Shown here: positions 35,770-45,405 of the stretch, piece after piece
Position numbering within the stretch: the stretch's first letter is position 1
Layout: each line of letters opens with the position of its first letter
NCBI GenBank assembly: GCA_051362555.1
Contig: CM120647.1
Location: forward strand, 1,054,001-1,118,000
DNA: 64,000 nucleotides
Reading direction: 5' to 3'
From: Lingula anatina
Lineage: Eukaryota; Animalia; Brachiopoda
Notes under the pieces: generated by a model
The model's input: only the letters and a program-made list of their open reading frames with translations
The model's database searches: none
Told to the model about the DNA's origin: nothing
Made by a program: the position numbers and the translations under genes

Positions 35770-38700
35770 TCAATTACTCATCAACCGTAAAATATCTTCG
35801 CAAATCCCCGCAACCTGAGACATAACTAAATAATCAGGCGGTTTGCGATGTCGCGTACTCCTTCTGGGGATTGGAATGGGTGTGCGAGGCACAGGTACTG
35901 GAACCTTTCTCACATCTCGGGAAATTTGATCTTCAGTACCATCGGACACCAATGATTCACTGGCAACTGACTCCTGTTCAGCTGTCTCAACTGTGTCCGG
36001 TGCTGCAACTTCTTCCACTGTATGCTCCGTCTCACTATCATTTCTACCAGCATTCTCTTTAAGTTCTCTGTCCACACTATCACCTACAAACACATATTCA
36101 TCTTCCTCATCTACACTACTGCTACTACTACTACTGTCTTTCCTCACTCGCACTCTCTTTTCTCTCATTTGATTACGAAGTCTCAATGACTTTCTCTCCC
36201 TCGGCTTTGGTCTCTCTATGGTAGTTTTCTCTGAAATAGGAAGTTGCGATATTGGTAATAACAGGTTCCTGTGAAGCACACGTTTTTCTCCCAACTTGTT
36301 TTCTTTTTCTACAACATAAACTGGTATATCATGATTAGGCTGGGCACGAACAATATATGCATCTTGTTCCCAGCGATCAGCTATTTTGTGCTTGCCCTGA
36401 AATGCTACAACCTTAACCAATACCCGATCTCCCACTTCTAAGACAGAACCTCTCGCTCGTTTATCATATTGCTTCTTTTGTTGTGTCTGGCTAATTTCTG
36501 TTTTGCTCTGTGCTAACCTGTAAGCCTGAAAAAGACGTTCTCTCAGATTATCAACATATTCACAATAATCAGAAAAACTCTGGTTATCCGGTGTTAAGCC
36601 AAATACTACATCTATAGCCAACCTCGGCTTTCGCCCAAACATAAGCTCGTATGGAGTAAAACCTGTAGTTTCATGTACCGTACTGTTGTAAGCATGAATA
36701 AGAGGCGCAACGTATTTTTTCCAGTCGATCTTCTGATCTGGTTCTAGTGTCCCTAACATGTCTAAAAGTGTACGGTTAAGTCTTTCGGTAATGCCATTAC
36801 CCATAGGATGATAACTAGTCGTACGTGATTTCTCCATCCCACTTAATTGACATATTTCCTTGATCATTTTCGATTCAAAATTTGTACCTTGATCACTATG
36901 AATCCGTTTTGGAAAGCCGAAATAGTAAACAAAATTTTGTAAAAAGGCATTAGCTGTTGTTTTTGCTGTTTGGTTCTTTGTAGGAACAGCTACTGCAAAT
37001 TTTGTAAAATGGTCAGTTATGACTAAATTGTTTTGATATCCACCTTTTGATGATTCCAAACCCAAAAAATCCATACAAACGAGTTCTAAAGGCTGTGTAC
37101 TTTGTATATTCACTAAAGGAGCTTTTGAATTTGATGGGGACTTACGTTTTAAGCATCGTTCGCATGTTCTAATCCAGGTTTCTAAATCAACTGCCATACG
37201 TGGCCAATAAAATCTTTGCCTCAAGTTTAACATTCCCCTTTCTTTACCTAAATGGCCAACGTCATTGTGCACTCCCTTCATTGCTTTCGCTCTGTGACTT
37301 TTCGGTAGGACTAACTGGAATCTTGTCTCTCCAGCTATTTCTGCCTTCCTGTACAAAATACCGTTTCTCACCTCTAATCGTGGAAATTCTTTACAAAATG
37401 CTTTCATCTCTCCCTCTTGCAATTCTGAAACAACTGGTTTCTGCTTATTCTCAACTCCTTTCAGAAAAAAACTTACCACTTCGTCCTTCATTTGTTCTGA
37501 TCTCCAATCCACTGGAGTGAAGTCACTAGAGTCTAATACTTGCTCATCTACAATCTGTGCTGACATACAGATGCTTTCTAAATAACCAGTGTCGGTTTTC
37601 TGGCAAATAGATCTTATGGCATCTTTAGAAATTTCGTCATACTCACCTTCACTGTTTTGAGGTTTTCTTGAAAGTCCGTCGGCATCGGCATTAGCCTTTC
37701 CAGCACGATACCGAATAGTGAAGTCATAATTACTCAAGGCAGCAATCCAGCGGTGTCCTGTAGCATCCAGTTTTGCAGTTGTAAGAACATATGTTAATGG
37801 ATTGTTGTCTGTGTAGACTACAAATTTGTTACCATAAAGATAATCATGAAACTTTTTAGTAACAGCCCATTTCAATGCTAAAAACTCTAATTTGTGAACA
37901 GGGTAGTTTCTTTCACCTTTCGTGAGGCCTCTAGAAGCAAAACTAATGACTCGTTCCTTACCTTCATTTTCCTGGTATAACACAGCTCCTAGACCAGTCT
38001 GGCATGCATCGGTGTGTAAAATAAATGGCTTGCTAAAATCTGGGTAAGCTAACACAGGTGGTGATGACAAAATACCTTTCAACGTATCAAAAGCTAGCTG
38101 CTCATCATTTTTCCATTGCCAAAATGCATTCTGCTTAGGCGACTTTTTACCTTTTCTTTTCTTTACAGTTTTGGCGTCTACCGGGTCAGTAAGTAAGTTG
38201 TATAATGGTCTAGCAATTTTTGAATAGTCCTTTACAAACTTACGGTAGTAGCCCGTGAAACCCAAGAATATTCTCAATTCATCTGCAGTTTTCGGGACAG
38301 GCCAGTTCTTTACCTTTTCAATCTTTGCTGGGTCAGCTTCAATGCCTCTTGAAGATACAATGTAACCAATAAAACATACCTTTTCTTGGAAAAGTTTGCA
38401 TTTCTTTGGAGATAGCTTAAGACCTGCTTGTCTAAAGCGCTCAAAGACCAAGCTGAGATGATCCAAATGTTCTGAGAAAGATTTTGACGCTACAATCACA
38501 TCATCCAAATAAATGTGACAAAACCTCTCACCTGAGTCATGGATACCATCCAGCGTCTCCTCCATCATACGCTGATATGTTGCTGGAGCATTGCATAGCC
38601 CAAAAGGAAGTTTGTTATATTCATACAAACCCAATGGTCCAACAGTAAATGCAGTGTACTGTTTATGTGCTTCTTCAATGGGGACTTGATGGTAACCACT

Positions 38701-39321
38701 CTTCATATCTAAAACGCTATAAAACAGCTTACCTCCAATATCATCAAGGAGTTCTTCAGTCCGTGGTAATGCAAAGGCATCCTTCACAGTACGTTGATTC
38801 AGCTGTCTATAGTCAACACACAATCTCAGACTACCATCTTTCTTCTTTACAAGTACAATATTTGAAGCCCAAGGACTTTGGCTTTTTCTTATTACACCTG
38901 AGTTAAGAAGTTGTCTGATGTGATTTCTTACCTCTTGGTACATAGAGGGTGGAATCCTCCTATGTCTCTGCTTAAAAGGCTCATGATTTGACAAGACTAT
39001 CCTGTGTTTAACCAAACTGGTGAAACCTACATCCTCATCACTTTGAGAAAATATATCTGAATAACCTTGGATAAAATCACTCACCTTCCTGAATTTCTCA
39101 TCAGATAAATCTTTGTTCAGATCTATCTGAGACAAATATTCCATGTTGTCATTGTTTGAACCACCATGATCCTCTTCTTCACCGTCCAACTCCTGGCATG
39201 CCTGTATCTGACAAATTACACTTTTAGGTGCTATGACAACTGGATATGTGTTAAGGTTACTCACCTGAACAGGTAAAACTTCTTGTTCTTTGGTATCAAC
39301 CAAAGCTGGAGTAATGGTTAC
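35770..39321 (-). CDS. pol: Gypsy Pol: RT-RNase H-integrase, uninterrupted; first ATG at 39144 gives 1124 aa
   Basis: RT: LDMKSGYHQ, PFGLCNAPATYQ, YLDD. RNase H: HTDAC, KLEFLA, YTDNNPL, NADADGLS. IN: HNDVGH..CERC, CMDF, HSDQG, ITERLNRT, then a VGDRVL module, an acidic tail and RRSTRHRKPPDY. No aspartic-protease DTG/DSG region, no gag CCHC, no chromodomain. Confidence 0.96.
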   Translation of the reverse strand, partial: VTITPALVDTKEQEVLPVQVSNLNTYPVVIAPKSVICQIQACQELDGEEEDHGGSNNDNMEYLSQIDLNKDLSDEKFRKVSDFIQGYSDIFSQSDEDVGFTSLVKHRIVLSNHEPFKQRHRRIPPSMYQEVRNHIRQLLNSGVIRKSQSPWASNIVLVKKKDGSLRLCVDYRQLNQRTVKDAFALPRTEELLDDIGGKLFYSVLDMKSGYHQVPIEEAHKQYTAFTVGPLGLYEYNKLPFGLCNAPATYQRMMEETLDGIHDSGERFCHIYLDDVIVASKSFSEHLDHLSLVFERFRQAGLKLSPKKCKLFQEKVCFIGYIVSSRGIEADPAKIEKVKNWPVPKTADELRIFLGFTGYYRKFVKDYSKIARPLYNLLTDPVDAKTVKKRKGKKSPKQNAFWQWKNDEQLAFDTLKGILSSPPVLAYPDFSKPFILHTDACQTGLGAVLYQENEGKERVISFASRGLTKGERNYPVHKLEFLALKWAVTKKFHDYLYGNKFVVYTDNNPLTYVLTTAKLDATGHRWIAALSNYDFTIRYRAGKANADADGLSRKPQNSEGEYDEISKDAIRSICQKTDTGYLESICMSAQIVDEQVLDSSDFTPVDWRSEQMKDEVVSFFLKGVENKQKPVVSELQEGEMKAFCKEFPRLEVRNGILYRKAEIAGETRFQLVLPKSHRAKAMKGVHNDVGHLGKERGMLNLRQRFYWPRMAVDLETWIRTCERCLKRKSPSNSKAPLVNIQSTQPLELVCMDFLGLESSKGGYQNNLVITDHFTKFAVAVPTKNQTAKTTANAFLQNFVYYFGFPKRIHSDQGTNFESKMIKEICQLSGMEKSRTTSYHPMGNGITERLNRTLLDMLGTLEPDQKIDWKKYVAPLIHAYNSTVHETTGFTPYELMFGRKPRLAIDVVFGLTPDNQSFSDYCEYVDNLRERLFQAYRLAQSKTEISQTQQKKQYDKRARGSVLEVGDRVLVKVVAFQGKHKIADRWEQDAYIVRAQPNHDIPVYVVEKENKLGEKRVLHRNLLLPISQLPISEKTTIERPKPRERKSLRLRNQMREKRVRVRKDSSSSSSSVDEEDEYVFVGDSVDRELKENAGRNDSETEHTVEEVAAPDTVETAEQESVASESLVSDGTEDQISRDVRKVPVPVPRTPIPIPRRSTRHRKPPDYLVMSQVAGICEDILRLMSN

Positions 39322-39995
39322 CTTCGAGCAAAAAAAAAATCTTTTAAACAAATCTGAGGTTTATTTGAATCAATGCCTGTGTATAGTACGAAAAAAATAT
39401 ATATCAAACTATCAATGAAAATAAATGCGTTTAATGAAATGAATGTCTAAAACATGTAGAGTCACACTCAGTTACGTCAAAATAACTTACAGTCTTCACA
39501 ATAATGTGACGATCCTGAGATATTCGTGACGAACGAAATTCGTAGTCTCCAAGCTACCAAACCATGTATAAATGTCACAGAAAATGTTCCTATTAGAGTG
39601 GCTCACAACACAGTCTAAAAAGAATCGTCCTGAATGATCATCTAAGGTAAGTAACTCGGCATTCACAACCGAGGGGAAGTATGCAGGCACAGTCCTCCGT
39701 GAACGATGTCCTGAGACAATCCAGATAGGCCAGTGACAGTTTATATGCACAGTCCAGGTATAGGTCATACAAACACAACGGTGTCGGTCAATATGGTCCG
39801 AAGACGGTTTACACGATCCACCACTTAGTGTTCACAATTACACACATAGAGATGTCCGATGTCCACTACTCACACCGAGTCAGTGACGTTGATAATGAGA
39901 CCCCGATTCATCGGCCAAACCGCCTAGCCTTGTTATAACAGGTAGACGTACAGTGGACTAATCGTAGTCGTTTGCAGTCGATTGACATGTAGGGG

Positions 39996-40013
39996 TCCCG
40001 GCTCGCGGCACCA
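39996..40013 (-). other. Primer-binding site TGGTGCCGCGAGCCGGGA
   Basis: Starts 2 nt inside the 5' LTR boundary with TGG (complement of CCA). Resembles His- or Phe-type tRNA 3' ends and is not complementary to the neighbouring iMet tRNA. Confidence 0.8.
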
Positions 40014-40015
40014 TT

Positions 40016-40587
40016 TGTAACAGACGGACTCTCTGGTTGTGTAAAATTTTATTGCTACAACTAAAATTTTCACCCTGTAATAAAGGTGAGATATAATTAA
40101 ATAAAATGACATACAACAAATAACTTATAATTCTAAAGTTTACCTCTATGATAAGGAAATAATAAATTTGATATAGATAATTACGGTTTATAAAAGCTAT
40201 AACGGCTTACCCTGATCTTATTCAAGGGCGTTTATAAAGAGTGCTGGATATACGTCTTGGTCTGAAAACTAAAGATTAGAAAACGATGTAATACAGTATA
40301 GTATAGTGAAGTTGGATACGCAAAAGACAAGATAAAATATAACTAGAATTAAGTAGACGACATCCAACTTACCACATAGAAACAGACAGATGAACAGCAA
40401 CTTCAGCACTATTAGAAAATACCGCGTCAATGCCTTTTATAATGTGAAGTCACGTGGCAAAGACGCGGGAAGACAGAACAAAGGGACATAGACAAAAGAA
40501 CAGACAAAGGAACAATTAGAGGGCGTCAGAGCTACATCAAGTCACAAGACAAGACGAGTGACGAGTTCATATTTACACATAGTTACA
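40016..40587 (-). repeat. 5' LTR
   Basis: Matches the 3' LTR. Minus-strand TATAAAA near 40435-40441, donor-like GTG|GTAAGT near 40372, AATAAA near 40048-40053. Confidence 0.97.
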
Positions 40588-40659
40588 TATGTGCATGTGA
40601 AAACATGTTTCATAAGTATGTTAAAAGACATTATTATTTTACTGAGATCCCTGTCTTAC

Positions 40660-40717
40660 CTAGCTCCTCAATTCAGAGTCTTTACAACTGTTATATTGTT
40701 CTTGTCTTTGGTATCAA
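40660..40717 (-). other. Putative 58-nt micro-exon paralogue (frame-disrupting or stop-containing): (V)DTKDKNNITVVKTLN*
   Basis: Acceptor ttctgttctttcag|ttgat, donor TAG|gtaagacag; ends tgaggagctag, like tgaggagagag in the 57-nt exon. Confidence 0.5.
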
Positions 40718-40850
40718 CTGAAAGAACAGAATTAAATTTTAGAAAAAAATATGTTCACGGTTTACACAGCAAAACATTAATATTCTTGAAAATAAAGTAT
40801 CTACTTAGGTCTGCCAAAGATCAGAATGTGCTTGTGCAACGTGTACAAGT

Positions 40851-40897
<47 letters not shown>

Positions 40898-40965
40898 CAC
40901 AGTCACATTCCATATGTGAAATAAATACCCGGTAGCTACTTATTCTATAGACCCTGCTGTCCTAC

Positions 40966-41013
40966 CTCTCTCCTTCACATCTTCTGACACAGTCTTTGTG
41001 TCTTTGACATCAA
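40966..41013 (-). CDS. Putative 48-nt phase-1 micro-exon: xDVKDTKTVSEDVKER
   Basis: Acceptor ttttccttttatttcttcag|, donor GAG|gtagga, length divisible by 3, no stop. Confidence 0.6.
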
Positions 41014-41299
41014 CTGAAGAAATAAAAGGAAAACAAAATAAATAAACATTTCATACCTGTGCACATCAAGAATTTAATACATTATAACATGTACATAGAC
41101 ATAGGCGTAGGCGTAAACAGAGAGGGTTTACCTGGCGCACGGACGCCAGGCGACGTGGTTTACGACAGTATTAACTGCGCAAATTTACGCCCCGTTGGTC
41201 CAACCGGGCATATTGCCAAGTGTATAAAAACTGCACCAGGACAGCCTGATTTTGAAAATATTTTTAGTATACAACGCGGACCAAAACGTTTAACTGCAC

Positions 41300-41371
41300 T
41301 AGCAGAGCTAGGTTTCGATCCTAGGACCTCGGGGTTATGGGCCCCGCACGCTTCCACTGCGCCACTCTGCT
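41300..41371 (-). tRNA. Initiator tRNA-Met (CAT)
   Basis: AGCAGAGTGGCGCAGTGGAAGCGTGCGGGGCCCATAACCCCGAGGTCCTAGGATCGAAACCTAGCTCTGCTA. A1-U72, ATCGAAA T-loop (A54/A60), G-C run in the anticodon stem, all stems paired. TTTT about 13 nt downstream. Confidence 0.97.
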
Positions 41372-41843
41372 GTCAGAGGATCTGCTTGGCTGAATCGTTA
41401 GTGTTTTTTTATTAAATTTTCTGATGCAATACCTTGTCCTCTGGTCATTAGGGAATGTGTTAGTTGAGACATGACTTTACTCATCCACACAATGAGACGA
41501 TAAAGCGAATACCATGTTCTTACTGACTTAGTTTGACTAGATGTGCAAATTCATTTTAATTCAGCATCTTGATTACTTTGGACCCGATAGAATAACAGTA
41601 AATAAAATAACACATCATAAAATTATTAAATTTAATAAAACTGCAAGCATCAGGTCAACTTTGATATACGTACGGTTAGAGTTGGTTGATAATGATCATA
41701 ATAGCAAATATACCAGTGCAGTAATGAAATTAATGCCATTTGGTTGTCAGGTTTCATTTTTCACGCAGTGATACATTTTATCAACTAACAATTCCCAAAG
41801 GCCATCTAACTTCGCAAGTATAGTACAATGTAACGCAAGCACA

Positions 41844-41888
<45 letters not shown>

Positions 41889-42963
41889 TTTATATGGAAA
41901 CAACGCTCAAGAACATGGAATCGACATCGCCTTAAATTTTACAGTTAAAATAGCCTATTTGTGTTTCAAAGGAAAGGGATATCATTTATCTTTACCTAAG
42001 GATGGAGCATAATAGTATAAGTCAGCTGCGACCCCCCCCCCCCCCCCCCATTCCTCATATTCTGGCGTCAGTCGCACTAACAGTAACAAAATGGGTGCTA
42101 GCAGTTGTTGTTTTTAATGTGGAATTGTTTATTTAGGAATGTTCCGTTTATAGTCATCTACTGGTGTTGATAAGAACTAATTTATCTACAATTAGGTCAG
42201 GAAATTTAACTTATAATTACAGCAGAACGAGTCAGATCGTTGTATTTTTCAACATTTACTTATGAAAAAGTTAGATAATTTTTTTTTCTCTTTCCCGGAC
42301 CCCCCCCCCCCCTTCGGTTTCTGAAAAAATCACACTAATGTTCCCATCTTGAAATTAGAGTTTTAACGGGCTGATTTATAGTTCTTAACCGTTCCAAATG
42401 GCACCTGTTGACCTTCAAAACACCAAAATAATTTGGGTCCTTTTATCGAGGCCCAAACCCCACCACAAGGGGGGCGAGGGGCGGCTTCGAATCTGAAGCC
42501 CCTCAGTCGTAAAAAACACTGACCCCCCTAGAAAACCTGGATCTGTCTTACGACCTGTATATCGCGTTCAGCAGACAAAAATGTTATTTGTCAAATATGG
42601 TTTTCTCAAAATCCGCATCGTTACAATTGCTTTAAACACGTTTGAACTTTTTGAAATGATTCCCTCTTCTTAAACGGTCTTGCTTAAACCAAAAGCGACC
42701 CGGTGTGGACCGTCTTTGATCCAACTGTGTTGTTTAACGTCATAGATAACCCAAAGTAAATCTCAGCACAAAACGAAGTCACAGAACGTTCCGTGCCGTC
42801 TTTTAAAACAAGGCCTCGTGAACATCGCGTACTTCAACGTTGATGATAAGACGAGCTTCGAGGGGAGGGGGGGGAGGGGGAGGGGGGGGAGGGGGGGACG
42901 GTTGTTGCGGAAATACATCTGTACGGCACCAGGCTATCGATTGTAATTGCAGTTGTAAGTAGT

Positions 42964-43074
42964 AAATAATGCACTGTTACCCCCCTCTCCCGATATCCAC
43001 GATAGCATGCCTCGCTGTCTGGCGCTCGGCATGCTATCGTGGATATCGGGAGAGGGGGTAACAGTGCATTATTT
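42964..43074. repeat. Near-perfect hairpin (47/48-bp arms, 16-nt spacer)
   Basis: aaataatgcactgttacc...gcatgcc / ggcatgc...aacagtgcattattt with one extra C. Confidence 0.92.
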
Positions 43075-43380
43075 GTCATACATACAAAAGGAAACCGTGC
43101 GTGTTCCCCACCCAAACCCCCTAACTTTGAATAGAACACGCTGATATCACCGCGCATGGGGTGATATCAAAGAATGGACTTTCCCCGCGTTTACTGCCTA
43201 ATTGCGGTCACCGTCCAATCATTTTCATTGGCGTGAATGGTTTTTGGTTGCGTGTGTATTGACAGGGACATGGGTCAGTGGTTTTCTGTGAGTAGTTGGC
43301 TGATTTCCTGCCCACCTTTCGCACGTGGCAGTCACTCCGTCTCATTCATTGTATCGGTCCCTGCAATCCTTTTGTTTTGA

Positions 43381-43665
43381 TATCAGCCCGGTGGTATGTA
43401 TACGTGATAGATACAATACGAGTCGCCGAGCTGTACGTGAAATATTACGAGTGTATTGGCGAGCCGCAGGCGAGACAATACACGAGTAATTTTCACGTAC
43501 AGCTCGGCGACGAGTGTTGTATCTGGCTTAAACCACGGCCTATGATTGGCTACAACACTAGTAGTGCAACAGACCGTGGAACGCACTCGTACATGACGTG
43601 CTTGTATGTCAAATACAGCACGGCTGAGTCTTTTGTTCTACGTGCTAGCCGTGGTTTAAATGTAT
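43381..43665. mobile_element. Fold-back non-autonomous element with two stems (possibly Crypton-related)
   Basis: Arms 43409-43458 and 43476-43524 around cgagccgcaggcgag. Second stem ttaaaccacggc (about 43528) / gccgtggtttaa (about 43648). Family assignment is inference. Confidence 0.55.
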
Positions 43666-44634
43666 AACCAAACTGGCCCTCTGCGGGACAAGGTAGAAAG
43701 TTTCCAATTGATCTAAGTTCTACCAACGAAGCTTCTGCGGCTCCGTGGTAATTCTACTGCCTTAAACATACCCTTGCACGCGGGTTCGAATGCTAGAGTC
43801 TTCAATGCAGTAAGTTTACTAGATATCATTTCTGAATATTGCATTTTATTAGTACTATAAAAGTTAAAACGTATATTAAGTGGGCGGGTGGGTAAGGCAC
43901 AAGGCTGTCGTTTGCGTGCGCAGCTGCAATAATAATAATAATAATAAATGAAAATAAAGAATAATAATAAATAATAATAATAACCCAAAGCCCTCATCAG
44001 CCATGGTAACGGAAAGCCGAAGATATAATTCCCTGGTCACAGCAACGACCTTGAGGGCTCTTGTGGGTCCGGCCAAATAACCTTTTGCATAAAAATAACC
44101 TTGTGCATAACAACACAGAAGACTGAGATACTGAAAGGTTTCTAGATACAGTTTGATGCAAATTAAACTGGCTTCATAAGTTGACTTGTAAATTGAATAC
44201 TTAAATATCCATCCTGAAGACACAGTTGTTTTCTTCAGCTATAACAAAACAAAATACATTCATGGCACATAACACTCTAGAACATCCTAATTATTAAATT
44301 TTGGAAATTTCATAGAATAGGAAAACTGATAACTCATTGCCGGCAAACTTTGACGGGTCTAATGACAGACCCTGACGACAAGTTATAATGCGATGCCATT
44401 TCAAACAGCTAAACTTGTGTCTTGAAACACACATTACAGACAATCTGCTTAAAGCTATTACTCATCTGTATCTGGTAACACTGATTGAGTAATTATTTCC
44501 CAAATCTTTACCAAAGCGGACGTTTTATGGCTTAATTACATTTCTGAACTCAGACCTAGGACGCACCAAGCTTTACGCATATTATGTCATAATTTCATAA
44601 TTTGGTGAAATTGTCTCGCTATCTGAGTTATTTT

Positions 44635-45170
44635 ATAATAATAATAAGTTTATTGAGCACTAAATGGTATGAATACATTTGCAGGCTCTCTAGACTACAT
44701 TATTTACACAATATATAAGGATCTACATTTATATATGTTACATATGTAGTATGCTAAATTATACGTGTTTGCGTGTTATGCTATAAAATTAATTAAGCTG
44801 TTCACAGCATTGTCAACAATTAGTGGCTGTGATGTACTAAATTGTAGGTGAACTATGTATTTTAACAGCAGTATTTACAAATTCTGCTATTACTTTGAGA
44901 CTTTTTTTCACAGGGTGGATTAAGGAGAATTGACAATACCGTATTTTCATATTACCTGAATATCTGAAAAAGTGCAATAATGATTTAAAACATATTGAGC
45001 ATATGAATACGATTATGGTTTTGATCTCATAATTAAAGTGAGAATGAATTCCAGCTTGATTGTTTTGAAGATCTAGCAAAAGCATCTTTATTGGCTTCAA
45101 AAATACAGAGATTACAGAACACAAATAAACATGTCCAACATAAATAGCGGGGATGGATGTTAACAGTTTT
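44635..45170 (-). mobile_element. 3' end of a CR1/L2-like LINE (decayed)
   Basis: Minus strand ends ctcaataaac(tta)n. The upstream frame IVFICSIC...LIHPVKKSLKVIAEFVNTAVKIH resembles a LINE ORF2 C-terminus. Confidence 0.45.
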
Positions 45171-45224
45171 AAAACTTCAATTGTTATAGATCTTTTCCTA
45201 AAAAAAACGCTACAGAGTAGGAAA

Positions 45225-45405
45225 ACCGATGTATCGAAACTGAGGGTCTGTGTAACAGAAAGTCCGCCCTCCATTTAATTAGAATGGTTAGGGTTAGTTT
45301 GACCTAATTAAGTGGGTCAAAATCTGGGGAGAGACTTACCTGTACGAATGAATGGGAAGCGGAATCTCTATCATTACATAGGGGACTCTATGTCACGTTT
45401 CACCG
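45225..45405. repeat. Dispersed repeat of about 180 bp, second copy at about 59495-59685
   Basis: Shared cgaaactga/aagggtc...gaaagtccgccctccattta...atggttagggttag...aagtgggtcaaaatct. Confidence 0.8.

Larger units (their letters stand above)
35050..40587 (-). mobile_element. Ty3/Gypsy LTR retrotransposon, 5538 bp, very recent, lacking gag and protease
   Basis: 572-bp LTRs at 35050-35621 and 40016-40587 (TG...CA, no difference seen by eye), 4-bp TSD TATG, PBS next to the 5' LTR, PPT next to the 3' LTR, pol order RT-RH-IN. Confidence 0.97.

Noticed and set aside
39322-39351. Pol N-terminus MFKRFFFCSK in the ORF track
   Set aside because: Starts at TTG in the T-rich leader; not a credible eukaryotic start.
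39496-39768. 90-aa ORF in the Gypsy leader as a mini-gag
   Set aside because: No capsid-like or CCHC features; it stops before pol and I found no splice that fuses it in frame.
39996-41371. Neighbouring iMet tRNA as the Gypsy primer or as a Ty3-style integration target
   Set aside because: The PBS is not complementary to iMet, and the insertion is about 710 bp from the tRNA 3' side rather than at its start site. One case cannot show targeting.
45285-45300. TTAGGG units as interstitial telomere
   Set aside because: Only about two units, part of a dispersed repeat also found at about 59550.
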